In this document: piece by piece, positions 1-8,750 of the stretch
Numbering within the stretch: the first letter of the stretch is position 1
Layout: every line of letters begins with the position of its first letter
Virus record (IMG/VR): IMGVR_UViG_3300042867_001289
Span: 64,049-128,048 of that record
Reading direction: 5' to 3' (one strand)
DNA from: a virus
Length of the DNA stretch: 64,000 bases
Translations under genes and position numbers: made by a program
The notes under the pieces: model-generated
The model's input: only the letters and a program-made list of their open reading frames with translations
Told to the model about the DNA's origin: nothing
The model's database searches: none

Positions 1-95
1 TTAAGATTGGCACTTTCCGAGGCTCACGGGACGTCCGCCACTGGCCAACCAAAATGCGGTGGGGATCGACACTCCCATTCGAAGCTTTAGAGTAT

Positions 96-124
96 TCGAC
101 AACCGGCGACAATTGATGTAAACT
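96..124 (+). promoter_or_regulatory. SigA-type promoter, probably leaderless transcript for the 131 gene
   Basis: TCGACA(96-101)-17 nt-TAAACT(119-124); ATG at 131 starts 7 nt after the -10 box, with no Shine-Dalgarno. Confidence 0.6.
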
Positions 125-130
125 CTGATC

Positions 131-736
131 ATGTCTGACGCCATGTCAAGAGAATTCCTCGCAGAGCGGGATCTCATGATCCTCCAAATGAAAAAAGCCG
201 GAGCATCAGAATCCGAAATCGCCAAACGATTCCGCATCGGACTAGGCGCAGTCAGATCCGCGTTACAACGCCAACTAGAACAACTCAACCGGCAAGCCAT
301 GCTCGCCTACCCAGAAGTCCTACGAATGGAACTAGAACGCCTGGACTCCCTCCAGAAAGCCCTGTGGCCCCTCACACAGATGAGACGGGTAACTACCGAC
401 GACGGCTCCGAAGTCACGTTAGAACCCGATATAAGGGCCACACAGCAAGTTCTGGCGATCATGGCGAGCAGAGCAAAACTTATGGGACTAGAACAAGCAT
501 CCAAAATGGACATCAGAGTCGACGTACCCCAAGTCAACACACCCCAACTACACGGGGCTCAACAAGCCGAAAGCATCACAACGTTCAGCCCCGAAAACGA
601 AGCACGCCAACTCCTCGGCCTCATGATCCAAGCCGGAGTTATGGACGATTCCGTAGAACACCTCCTAGCAATAGAAGCCCCGGTAGATGTAGAAGACGCC
701 GAAATTGTAGAACAAGTAGAACAAGAGGAAACATGA
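131..736 (+). CDS. HTH DNA-binding protein, terminase small subunit-like
   Basis: N-terminal HTH (GASESEIAKRFRIGLGAVRSAL) followed by ELERLDSLQKALWP and VLAIMASRAKLMGLE, a pattern typical of actinophage TerS-like proteins. Confidence 0.6.
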   Translation: MSDAMSREFLAERDLMILQMKKAGASESEIAKRFRIGLGAVRSALQRQLEQLNRQAMLAYPEVLRMELERLDSLQKALWPLTQMRRVTTDDGSEVTLEPDIRATQQVLAIMASRAKLMGLEQASKMDIRVDVPQVNTPQLHGAQQAESITTFSPENEARQLLGLMIQAGVMDDSVEHLLAIEAPVDVEDAEIVEQVEQEET

Positions 737-1056
737 GCCCCGACGAACCCGTCATCTACAACGACAACCTGGGTCCCGCAATGGACAAAGTCGCCGAAAC
801 CCTAAACCCCACCATAAGCAAACCAGGCAAAAAAGGCAGCCCCGCCCAAGCACAAATCCTCGTAAGAGTAACCACAGAAACCCGGGACCGCTGGAAACAA
901 GCCGCAGAACACTCAGGCAAACCAGTCTCAGACTTCATCAGAGACCTCGTCAACGGGGCTGCCGACGAAATCCTCGACTGCTCCCACCCACAAAACATGA
1001 GACGCTGGAACATCCGCCACGAATACTGCCTCAAATGCGGGAAACAACTCCGATGA
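733..1056 (+). CDS. Ribbon-helix-helix protein with C-terminal Zn-finger
   Basis: Real start ATG 733 (ATGA overlap, GAGG upstream); QILVRVTTETRDRWKQAAEHSGKPVSDFIRDLV is an RHH pattern; CSH...CLKCG tail. Confidence 0.7.
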   Translation: MSPDEPVIYNDNLGPAMDKVAETLNPTISKPGKKGSPAQAQILVRVTTETRDRWKQAAEHSGKPVSDFIRDLVNGAADEILDCSHPQNMRRWNIRHEYCLKCGKQLR

Positions 1057-1220
1057 TGCCCCGCAGACCAGGCCGACCCCCAGAAGCCCCGACAAAAGAA
1101 ATCTGTGCGATAACCCTGAGAGTCCCGGCAGCAGTCAAAACACACCTGATAGAACAATCAGAAGCCCTGGATATTTCTATTAACGAATATATGATTATGC
1201 TTATAGAGCGTTCTAGGTGA
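1053..1220 (+). CDS. Ribbon-helix-helix protein
   Basis: ATGA-coupled start; RPGRPP (AT-hook-like), then AITLRVPAAVKTHLIEQSEALDISINEYMIMLI. Confidence 0.7.
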   Translation: MMPRRPGRPPEAPTKEICAITLRVPAAVKTHLIEQSEALDISINEYMIMLIERSR

Positions 1221-1567
1221 GTCGGGTTCCTGAGAGGGCTACGACCGAAGGGCAAGTGTACCTACAGATCAGACTACCTGGGAAGCTTAAGAACCAGGTC
1301 ATCGACAACGCTGAGAGCTCAAACGTCAGCCTCAACGCCTGGCTGTTGCAAGCCATCCAGAACATGCTCAGAGACGGCATGCCCGCACCAGCACCCCTGG
1401 CTCCGTTGCCTACGCATGTGGATGTGCTGAGGGCGTACTTATCTGGGGAAACTCTTATGGGCCCCTGTGGTCAGTTGGCCACCGACTGTGACGCTGTGAA
1501 CGGTAACAGGTTGACAGCTGATATGAGCTGTCAATGGTGCCAGACATGCGGCATCCGTCTCACCTGA
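1217..1567 (+). CDS. Ribbon-helix-helix (Arc/HicB-like) protein with Cys-rich C-terminus
   Basis: GTGA-coupled start; LQIRLPGKLKNQVIDNAESSNVSLNAWLLQAI; C-terminal CG..C...CQWCQTCG. Confidence 0.7.
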   Translation: MSRVPERATTEGQVYLQIRLPGKLKNQVIDNAESSNVSLNAWLLQAIQNMLRDGMPAPAPLAPLPTHVDVLRAYLSGETLMGPCGQLATDCDAVNGNRLTADMSCQWCQTCGIRLT

Positions 1568-1668
1568 GGACTCGCATAGTTTTCACCTGTGTAAACATTC
1601 AGTACCGTTAACATCTCACTCACAGTGACCAAACCGAACTTACCCGCCCGTGGCCCCACCCCATAAAA

Positions 1669-1737
1669 CCACACACCGTCACAAAACTTCCAACAAAAAC
1701 CACACACCGTCACAAAAACCCACACACAGTCACAAAA
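1669..1737. repeat. Three 18-bp direct repeats CCACACAC(C/A)GTCACAAAA
   Basis: Copies at 1669-1686, 1700-1717 and 1720-1737, in the gap between convergent genes. Confidence 0.9.
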
Positions 1738-1782
1738 CCCAACTACTAATCTCCTACTAACCAACATCAAATTAGTAACAAC

Positions 1783-1974
1783 CTAACAACCACACCCACC
1801 CCGACGACCCTCACGCACCACCTGAGACCCCCCAGGAGGCAAAACAGACACCACCCTCACAACCACACCACCCACCTCATCAGCCTTCTCCTCAGCCCGA
1901 ACCCTGGACCCAGACAAAAACTCGCCACCCCCAGGGAGATCCACACGGTACATGGTGACCTTCTGCTGTTTCAC
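1783..1974 (-). CDS. Small hypothetical protein
   Basis: GTG start overlaps the whiB stop (GTGA); 63 aa. Confidence 0.4.
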   Translation of the reverse strand: MKQQKVTMYRVDLPGGGEFLSGSRVRAEEKADEVGGVVVRVVSVLPPGGSQVVREGRRGGCGC

Positions 1975-2327
1975 CGGTTATCCCCCCATACCCCGGCGAT
2001 AGTAGTCCTAGAGGGTCTGATGCCAAGGCGTTTCTGCTCTTTGTCTATCTGCCTGGAGGTCATCATGGCCCACACGCCGTGCATGTCTGCTGCTGGGAAT
2101 TCGAGTGCGTAGTCTCTACATTGTCGGAGTACTGGGCATTGTTTGCATATTGCTCTTGCTTCGGTGATGTATGAGATGTCTTTGTGTTGTTTGGGGAAGA
2201 ATTTGTTTTGTTTGCCTTTGCAGTTGGCTTGTTCTGTCCAGTGGTCTTTGTGGGCTTTTGTGTGTATATCAGTTTTGGGTGTGTTTGTGGTGTGGTGTTT
2301 TTTGTTTATGTTTGTTAACGGGTTCAT
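1971..2327 (-). CDS. whiB: WhiB-family Fe-S transcription factor
   Basis: WTEQANC..FFP..ARAICKQCPVLRQCRDYAL..HGVWAM; four conserved Cys. Confidence 0.9.
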   Translation of the reverse strand: MNPLTNINKKHHTTNTPKTDIHTKAHKDHWTEQANCKGKQNKFFPKQHKDISYITEARAICKQCPVLRQCRDYALEFPAADMHGVWAMMTSRQIDKEQKRLGIRPSRTTIAGVWGDNR

Positions 2328-2387
2328 AGTGTTGTTCCGTGTTCCCGTGTGTTGGTCATTTTGGGTGTTGTTTTCTTTTCGTGGAGG

Positions 2388-2696
2388 TTATTTGCGGATT
2401 GTTCTGATTTGGTGGATGCATCCTATTGGGATGACTATTCCGTTTCCGTGTTGTTGTCCTGTGAGGGATGCGATTACTTTAATGTATGTGTCGGTTTTTT
2501 CCCATAGGTAGCCGATGGTGAGTGCTTTGGGGGGTTGGATGTTGTGTGTGGTGTCTGGGTCTTCCCAGGATGAGGCTCCTAGTGAGGCTGCGTCTATCCA
2601 TAGGATTTCTACTAGGGTTGCTGTGCCGTGTTTGGGTTTTGTTGTTTCCCAGGCGTGGTCTAGTATTGATTGTGTTTTTTCTGTTGGTGTTGTCAT
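2388..2696 (-). CDS. Small beta-rich phage hypothetical protein
   Basis: ATG 2696 overlaps the upstream stop; VEILWIDA..W..TIGYL..VIPIGCI pattern common in phage proteins; it is the real C-terminal part of the 482-aa track ORF. Confidence 0.7.
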   Translation of the reverse strand: MTTPTEKTQSILDHAWETTKPKHGTATLVEILWIDAASLGASSWEDPDTTHNIQPPKALTIGYLWEKTDTYIKVIASLTGQQHGNGIVIPIGCIHQIRTIRK

Positions 2697-3919
2697 TGGA
2701 GTATGTTGAGTCCTCCCCATCCGTCTTCGTTGACGATGAGGCTGAGGGTTCCTGCGGCTGTTGTTGTTCCGTGGGCGTTTGCCCAGTATTCGCCTACTTT
2801 GGTTAGGGATGGGGCGATGAGTAGTAGTCGGCCTTCTTGTTCTTTGATGTTGAGGTGGTGGAAGTGTCCTGAGATGAGGATGTTTGCGTCTGCTAGGGAT
2901 GGGATGGCTCTTCCCATTGCGTGTTTGGTCCACCAGTCCCATAGTGTGGGTACTGCACCGTTTTTGGGTTTGGGTGTGTGTCCGTGGGTGAATGCGATGG
3001 TTTGGCCTGATACGCGGATTGCTAGTGCTATTTCTGATGCGGCTAGTCTGAAGCCGACGTTGTCGATTGATTCTGTTGCTGCGATGATTTCTGCTACTTG
3101 TTCGAAGACTGAGACGTCGTCGTTGTCGTTGATTGTTGTGTAGGCTTTGCCGTTTTTGCGGTTTTCGCCGTGGTTTCCTGGTACTGCTGCGACTTGGATT
3201 TGTTCGGCGTGTTTGGCTGTTTGGACGATGATGTCTCGGATGCCTCTGCGGACTACTCGTGTTTGTTCTCTTCGGTCTAGTTCGACTGTGAATGCTTGGT
3301 TGGGGTAGTAGTCGCAGGTGTTTTCTACTAGGTCTCCTAGGCCTGCGATGACTACTGTTCCGATGTTGTGTCCTGCGCGCCGGTGGTCTGCTAGTTGGTC
3401 GCAGATTTGTTCTGGTAGTGCTGCGATTGCCCGGATTTGTTCGTTGGTTCCGCCGAAGTCTGCGTTGCCGCATTGCCAGTCGGAGAGTGCTACGACGAAT
3501 GTTTCGTCGCCTGTTTTGCGTTTCGATTTGGCGGGTTTTTGTTTGCGGGCTTCTATGTAGAGTTGTTCGAGCGATTCGTCTTGTGGTGTGTCGGGTGTTT
3601 TGAGGCGGATGTTTGCCCGGTAGCTGAAGCAGAGTGCACTGTAGGTGTCGCCGCCGATTTCGTCTCTTCGCCATCCGTCGTAGGAGCACCATTTGATGGT
3701 GTCTCCGACTATTTCGTATCGTTCTGGGTCTAGGCCTCGTTCTTTGAGGAGGTCGTCCCAGTTTTCTGGTGGTTGTTCTAGGGTGGATGTGGTGACTGTC
3801 CCTTTGGTTCCTTCCCAGGTTACGCCGGGTTCCCATCCTTTGGGGATGTGTTTGGTTCGTTCTGGTGGTTCTTCTATTTGTTTTGCTTCTAGTGCTTTTA
3901 GGTTGTCGGGGAGTTTCAT
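2693..3919 (-). CDS. Calcineurin-like metallophosphoesterase (actinophage Mre11-like)
   Basis: SDWQ, GDLVE, GNHGE, THGH, GHFHH motifs; likely start 3919 (ATGA overlap). Confidence 0.85.
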   Translation of the reverse strand: MKLPDNLKALEAKQIEEPPERTKHIPKGWEPGVTWEGTKGTVTTSTLEQPPENWDDLLKERGLDPERYEIVGDTIKWCSYDGWRRDEIGGDTYSALCFSYRANIRLKTPDTPQDESLEQLYIEARKQKPAKSKRKTGDETFVVALSDWQCGNADFGGTNEQIRAIAALPEQICDQLADHRRAGHNIGTVVIAGLGDLVENTCDYYPNQAFTVELDRREQTRVVRRGIRDIIVQTAKHAEQIQVAAVPGNHGENRKNGKAYTTINDNDDVSVFEQVAEIIAATESIDNVGFRLAASEIALAIRVSGQTIAFTHGHTPKPKNGAVPTLWDWWTKHAMGRAIPSLADANILISGHFHHLNIKEQEGRLLLIAPSLTKVGEYWANAHGTTTAAGTLSLIVNEDGWGGLNILQ

Positions 3920-4140
3920 GTGTAGCATCCGCATTTTTGGTTGCGGTGCGTGGTGAGGGTTTCTCTGCCGATGGTTACGTTTTCGGTTCGTAGGGCGTGG
4001 TGGATTTTGCGGATTGATACTCGCCCGTCTAGTAGGCGAAGTAGTACTTCACCGCTTTCGGGGTCGATTTTTGCGAATTCGGAGACTTTGCATTCTCCTG
4101 GGATTTGTTGTTCGAGTTTGGCGAGTTGTTCAGTTAGCAT
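3916..4140 (-). CDS. Small Zn-binding HTH-like protein preceding the metallophosphoesterase
   Basis: CKV...HRNQKCGC pattern; translationally coupled. Confidence 0.65.
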   Translation of the reverse strand: MLTEQLAKLEQQIPGECKVSEFAKIDPESGEVLLRLLDGRVSIRKIHHALRTENVTIGRETLTTHRNQKCGCYT

Positions 4141-4354
4141 TGTGGCCTTTCAGGTACCAGTGGGCTAGTAGCATGCCGGTTATTGCTCCGGTTATTTCTG
4201 GACCGTATTTTTGTTTGGCTGCCCATCTGATCCCTGTTGAGATGGTTGCTCTATTTTGGCGTGTTGCGAGTGCGTTGTAAAGGCATGCGGTTATTGCGAT
4301 CGTTGATGCCCCTGCAAGATTTTCGACCAGTGTTCGCCTATCGGTCGCTACCAT
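4130..4354 (-). CDS. Small membrane protein
   Basis: ATG 4354 with GAGG RBS; two hydrophobic segments. Confidence 0.55.
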   Translation of the reverse strand: MVATDRRTLVENLAGASTIAITACLYNALATRQNRATISTGIRWAAKQKYGPEITGAITGMLLAHWYLKGHNAN

Positions 4355-4405
4355 TGTTTCCTCTGGGGTTCGGGTGGGTGGCTCTTCCAGTGTAGTCTGT
4401 ATTCC

Positions 4406-4867
4406 ATGCAGGGTAGCGAACCTAACGATTTTATTGGTAGTAGCGAGTGGGTGAACCCGGATCATTTGATGCGCCGCCCGTTGGAAAAAGCTTTGGATGG
4501 TGTCGATAATGTTGGGGTTGTGGTGGAGGAAGTTCTTAAAACTTTGGACGAGTACCGCATTATCAGTTATGGGGCACCGGACGCTTTGAAGCTTTTGACC
4601 CCTCAGGGTCGGGCTTTGATGCTTTTGATGGAGAACCCTGATTTGACGGTGCGGGAACTTTCGGTGATGTTAGGTGTCGCTGAAAGTAACGCCACTATGG
4701 CCATTTCGGCTTTAGTAAAGGCTAATCTCGTAGTAAGAACAAAAGTTGGTGGCCGTAATCAGTACAATTTTTCTTTTGAAGGCCTGTGCAATCACCCTGA
4801 CGTATCAAGGTTCCTGGCTGCTATCACCCCTGTTGTTTCTGAGGAGCCCCCTGATATCAGCCTGTGA
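4406..4867 (+). CDS. MarR/ArsR-like winged-helix transcription regulator
   Basis: LTPQGRALMLLMENPDLTVRELSVMLGVAESNATMAISALVKANLVVRTKVGGRNQY. Confidence 0.75.
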   Translation: MQGSEPNDFIGSSEWVNPDHLMRRPLEKALDGVDNVGVVVEEVLKTLDEYRIISYGAPDALKLLTPQGRALMLLMENPDLTVRELSVMLGVAESNATMAISALVKANLVVRTKVGGRNQYNFSFEGLCNHPDVSRFLAAITPVVSEEPPDISL

Positions 4868-5486
4868 ACTCCAGGTTTGTGGCTGTTTGCGCTGGGGCTA
4901 GTTGTACTGGCACCTGAGTTGTTGTGGTGGTACCAATAGTGGTACTAGTCGTGGTGCTAGTCGTTGTTGTTGACGCCGTTGTGGTAGTTGTTGTTGTGGG
5001 CGGCGGGCAAGGAAACCCCCAATGCTGTTGCGCTGTCGACAGATCAACAGGGAACAACATAGGGCCATGCCACACACCTGTCGGGCTGATCGTCTGAGGA
5101 GTCACCCCAGTAACAACATCAAACTGCACAGGGTTACAATCCTTCTTAAACGTAATCTCGGTAACCCCAGCATCCTTAATCGTAAAAGGAACTACTTCAA
5201 AAAGTTCTTGAGGCCAAGCAACCCCTCCACCCGGCATCGAATAAATCACAGCAGAAGCTTTAACCGCAGAACACAAAGGCGCAGAAGCCGTAACGGTAAT
5301 GACAAACGTATCGTCCGAAGAAGAAACCTTATTAGTCAAAGCCAGCAAAGCCGGAAGGCAAAACCCTTGCACAGGGTCAGACTCCTGAACCACAGTGATA
5401 AACGAATCCTCTTCAGCCCCCACCGAAAAGTTAACCCCACCAAACATGACGGTAAGAATTGTTAACGTTGCTACTATCTTTTTCAT
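4857..5486 (-). CDS. Secreted Thr-rich surface protein ending in FTG
   Basis: MKK plus hydrophobic signal peptide, Cys-containing beta domain, poly-Thr linker, C-terminal AQTATNLEFTG. Confidence 0.75.
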   Translation of the reverse strand: MKKIVATLTILTVMFGGVNFSVGAEEDSFITVVQESDPVQGFCLPALLALTNKVSSSDDTFVITVTASAPLCSAVKASAVIYSMPGGGVAWPQELFEVVPFTIKDAGVTEITFKKDCNPVQFDVVTGVTPQTISPTGVWHGPMLFPVDLSTAQQHWGFPCPPPTTTTTTTASTTTTSTTTSTTIGTTTTTQVPVQLAPAQTATNLEFTG

Positions 5487-5554
5487 TTAAAACTCTCCTA
5501 AATATTATGCGAATTTCGCCAAAAAATTTGTCTGATATCACTACAACTAAAAGC

Positions 5555-6220
5555 CTAATGGGCGTTTATACAAACCCAACCATACTTATCAAAACTCTCA
5601 TCCAACACATCCGGCACAAGACCCGATTTCCAAAGAGCATACCCGCAACTCACCTGATCCCGTGACGTCCAATCCAGAACCTCCCGAAACCAAATTTCGC
5701 CAAAAAATTTTACTTTGGGGACGTTCATATCTCTAGCTTGAACACCTGCCGCATACAACCCGTAATGCTCAGGGAACCCCTCCTTCTTATAGGAGTCGCA
5801 TTGCCCTTCAAAATCCTGGTCAGAGTAGCCCGTTCCCATTAAGACTTCGGCTTCATCGTACCCACAATCCCTATCATCCCAATGAGGGGACAGCACGAGA
5901 CCCCTATACAGAAACGAAAGCACCTCTTCAACAAAATTATCGTTCACTATCTGCATCGACCCGTCAACCCAGATCACATAGTCGTATTCGCACAGCGCTG
6001 GGATCATATGGGGGTTTAGCTTTGGTATCTTAGCGAGCTTCCGCAGGTCTCCTATGATGCCTTCAGGGAGTCTGCAGACTTGCCATTCGCTATCTGCTGG
6101 GGAGCTCTGCCCGTCTGTAAAGTACAAGTAATCAACATCGTCCCTATAAGCAGCAGTGTGCTTTATTGGACGGTCATACCCACCAGTAACTGCTGTAACA
6201 ACAGCTATCCGGTTCATCAC
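5555..6220 (-). CDS. DUF616 (TOD1/MUCI70-like) glycosyltransferase
   Basis: TAVTGGYD, YFTD, PKLNPH, IWVDGS, H..RDC.YDEA, RDQVS..YALW motifs. Confidence 0.8.
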   Translation of the reverse strand: MMNRIAVVTAVTGGYDRPIKHTAAYRDDVDYLYFTDGQSSPADSEWQVCRLPEGIIGDLRKLAKIPKLNPHMIPALCEYDYVIWVDGSMQIVNDNFVEEVLSFLYRGLVLSPHWDDRDCGYDEAEVLMGTGYSDQDFEGQCDSYKKEGFPEHYGLYAAGVQARDMNVPKVKFFGEIWFREVLDWTSRDQVSCGYALWKSGLVPDVLDESFDKYGWVCINAH

Positions 6221-6223
6221 AAC

Positions 6224-6544
6224 CTACTGCTGCGCATCCAGCCAGCTAGCAAACACTTCATCATTCAAAGGAATGACCCACACTTGGGCCTGATCCAAAT
6301 CGTAATGATCGCCCTGAATAGTCCATGCCACTTCCATAGCCCCAGTCGGAACACACGAACCGACGTTGCACTCTAAACCGAAACGGTTAATAAAATGCTT
6401 GACCACACAAGAAGTCTGCTGGTGAACACACTCACCAGAACCAGGACAAGTAATATCTTCAACTACCAACTCCGCATTCTGTAAACGCAAATGCAAAACA
6501 TGGTGATCCGAATGCCAGATATTACCTAAATCTACTGAGCTCAC
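6224..6544 (-). CDS. Hypothetical Cys/His-containing protein
   Basis: 106-aa ORF, GTGA-coupled; CP..C.H..C..C. Confidence 0.65.
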   Translation of the reverse strand: MSSVDLGNIWHSDHHVLHLRLQNAELVVEDITCPGSGECVHQQTSCVVKHFINRFGLECNVGSCVPTGAMEVAWTIQGDHYDLDQAQVWVIPLNDEVFASWLDAQQ

Positions 6545-6714
6545 GAATCCTCAGGCGTATCATCCTGCAACTTAGCAACTTCAGCTTCGAGCATACGGAT
6601 CAACCCACGCAAAGCCGCATTCTGAGTCATAAGGTTTGTGATATCCATTTGCATTTCCTGCATCATGATCTCTGGGGGAATGGAGGGAACGTCTGGGATC
6701 GGAGCGTCTGACAT
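6541..6714 (-). CDS. Small coiled-coil protein (57 aa, not in the ORF track)
   Basis: Read by hand: MSDAPIPDVPSIPPEIMMQEMQMDITNLMTQNAALRGLIRMLEAEVAKLQDDTPEDS; AAGGA RBS; stop overlaps the next start. Confidence 0.7.
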   Translation of the reverse strand: MSDAPIPDVPSIPPEIMMQEMQMDITNLMTQNAALRGLIRMLEAEVAKLQDDTPEDS

Positions 6715-6804
6715 GTGATTCCTTTATGTAGTGTTTATAAGGCAAATACAAGGTTAGTACATAGTAATGACAAAATCAACTCATAGAATATGGTCAATAT
6801 TCGA

Positions 6805-7740
6805 TCAAAAAGCGACATCCACCGAGGTGCTATCACCCCAGTCGACAACGCCGGTCCTACTCAGATTCACTAAAGACGAAGCTCCGAAAGCCGCATACCA
6901 TATGTTGCTCGAATTTTCTGCAATCACATAGGTGGGAGCGTCCCCGTCGGCAACAGCAATAATTTCAATTTCTGATGAATACGGTTCAAATCTTATCAAC
7001 TGGTCATTGATATCAGAGGTGATCCACAGATAGGTTCCGTCTGAATCCACAGAATATGATCGGGCTGTAATCGGTATTGTATCTACAAGTAGATTGTTAT
7101 ATGTATCAATTTTGTAAATCGCAAAACCAGCTATAACCCAAAGATATCCAAAATCGTAAACACCAGGGACGTCTTGAATGTATATCTCAGACAGTGGGAT
7201 TGTGGCATATATTTCAAGGGAAACAGGATCGAACTTCAAAACTTCTTTAGAAGCAGTATCAATAGTCCAAATCGAATCATCGACACCTATAACCTTGCTT
7301 ATACTGCGTAAAACGTAATCGTTATCCGGTCCAAAATCGAATAGCCAGGGGTCATCAATAACAAAAGTCGAAGGATTCACTCGGATCAAACTGTTGCCTC
7401 GTGAGACCCATATGTCACCGTTTGCAAAATCCACATTCCGTGGCTGTATCCCATTAGTAGTCAGAAAACTTTCATCGGACAGATTTGTCTCTGGGTCAAT
7501 CCTAAACAACCCACCATCGTTATAGCCAAAACAAGCAACCCAAATATAACCAAATTCGTCAACAGTGATATCAACCGGACCCTCGCCTACAGCTATGGTA
7601 TCTAAAATCGTATTTGAAACAGGATCAACCCTAGAAACCGAATTATCAAAGTATTGGGTAACCCATATAGACCCCGATGTAAAAACGCACTGAAAGGGTA
7701 TTTCACCAAGATTGATTCGTTGCGTTTCCTCGTAAGCCAT
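6805..7740 (-). CDS. YVTN/Vgb-like beta-propeller protein
   Basis: Repeated IWV..DNSVSRVDP..TIAVGEGP blades. Confidence 0.8.
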   Translation of the reverse strand: MAYEETQRINLGEIPFQCVFTSGSIWVTQYFDNSVSRVDPVSNTILDTIAVGEGPVDITVDEFGYIWVACFGYNDGGLFRIDPETNLSDESFLTTNGIQPRNVDFANGDIWVSRGNSLIRVNPSTFVIDDPWLFDFGPDNDYVLRSISKVIGVDDSIWTIDTASKEVLKFDPVSLEIYATIPLSEIYIQDVPGVYDFGYLWVIAGFAIYKIDTYNNLLVDTIPITARSYSVDSDGTYLWITSDINDQLIRFEPYSSEIEIIAVADGDAPTYVIAENSSNIWYAAFGASSLVNLSRTGVVDWGDSTSVDVAF

Positions 7741-7764
7741 TAGATCATCTTACCCTAGAAGGCC

Positions 7765-8748
7765 TTAACCGTTCTCTTCAAGAACCCAGACTTCAAAATC
7801 CTGAATACTCAAATTAGCTAAAGCGGAAAGATCTTTCTGGTCCCACCTAGAATCGGGTTCAAGCATCGTGGAATTGTGTCCACCAGAGTCAACAATCATG
7901 ATCCCTGGCCCCTGATAACAATCCATCACAGCATTCGCCTGAGGATTAGTTTTTCTGCCAAAACCGCTATCTGTTAAACGGGTTCGTGCCGATTCTTTCA
8001 AACGTAATACAGCCCCCATAGGCGGAGCGTCAACAGCAGAACTTTTGCCATCGGATCCCTTAGCAGGCCAAATAAACTCCGATGATGCGGCCACGACCCC
8101 CATGCTCGCACGTTGCACCCACCCAGCGAGCACAAGATCGTCATAGCGAAGCGTAAGCTCCGCTAGCGACTGCCGGGCAACCGAACACCCTTCAGCCTCA
8201 TACGAGCCTTCTAGGAGGGAATGCTGGGTGACCTTAGCCGCCTGAGTACAGGCATTGCCTCTGTCATAAAACTCACCGGCCTCAGTAATCGTCATAGATG
8301 ACAGATCGTAAACATGGAGTTTATGATCGCTGTAATCCTGCATCGGATTACCCTGGATCATCATCCTCGGATCGTATTTGAACATCTTCCCATAAGGTGC
8401 GGCCCATCCGGTTCCGATCCAACATTTATTTACACCATAACCTGTTGATACCAGGTATTTGCGATCCGTTAGCTTGGCAAGATTTAGCGGATAGCCATCG
8501 ACTACACCATTAACTTTAGGTTTAGTGCTTCCCGTAAATATTGATATACCTTTAGACGTACTATCAGTAGCGGCCAAATGGCCGATCATTAAAGACGATA
8601 AAGGGTGCCTAGTTTTTGGGATAGTAGTAAACGCTTTATCATCATCCGGGTGCCAGGGTTTAGCGGGCAACGATGGGGTCGCAGGATAATTCCAACGTTT
8701 CCAAACCCAAACATTATTTACAAAAATATCCCACAAACCCATTTTCAT
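7765..8748 (-). CDS. Uncharacterised protein sharing a domain with the 1934-aa tail protein
   Basis: SDHKL, LRYDD, WPAKGSDG..PPMGAVLRL..GIMIVDSGG. Confidence 0.7.
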   Translation of the reverse strand: MKMGLWDIFVNNVWVWKRWNYPATPSLPAKPWHPDDDKAFTTIPKTRHPLSSLMIGHLAATDSTSKGISIFTGSTKPKVNGVVDGYPLNLAKLTDRKYLVSTGYGVNKCWIGTGWAAPYGKMFKYDPRMMIQGNPMQDYSDHKLHVYDLSSMTITEAGEFYDRGNACTQAAKVTQHSLLEGSYEAEGCSVARQSLAELTLRYDDLVLAGWVQRASMGVVAASSEFIWPAKGSDGKSSAVDAPPMGAVLRLKESARTRLTDSGFGRKTNPQANAVMDCYQGPGIMIVDSGGHNSTMLEPDSRWDQKDLSALANLSIQDFEVWVLEENG

Positions 8749-8750
8749 GA

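Noticed and set aside
364-732. N-terminal extension of the 230-aa ORF
   Set aside because: Overlaps the TerS-like gene out of frame; the coupled ATG at 733 with RBS is the better start
2697-3836. N-terminal 380 aa of the 482-aa Arg/Thr-rich track ORF
   Set aside because: Off-frame shadow of the metallophosphoesterase caused by the AC-rich coding strand lacking stops; only 2388-2696 looks real
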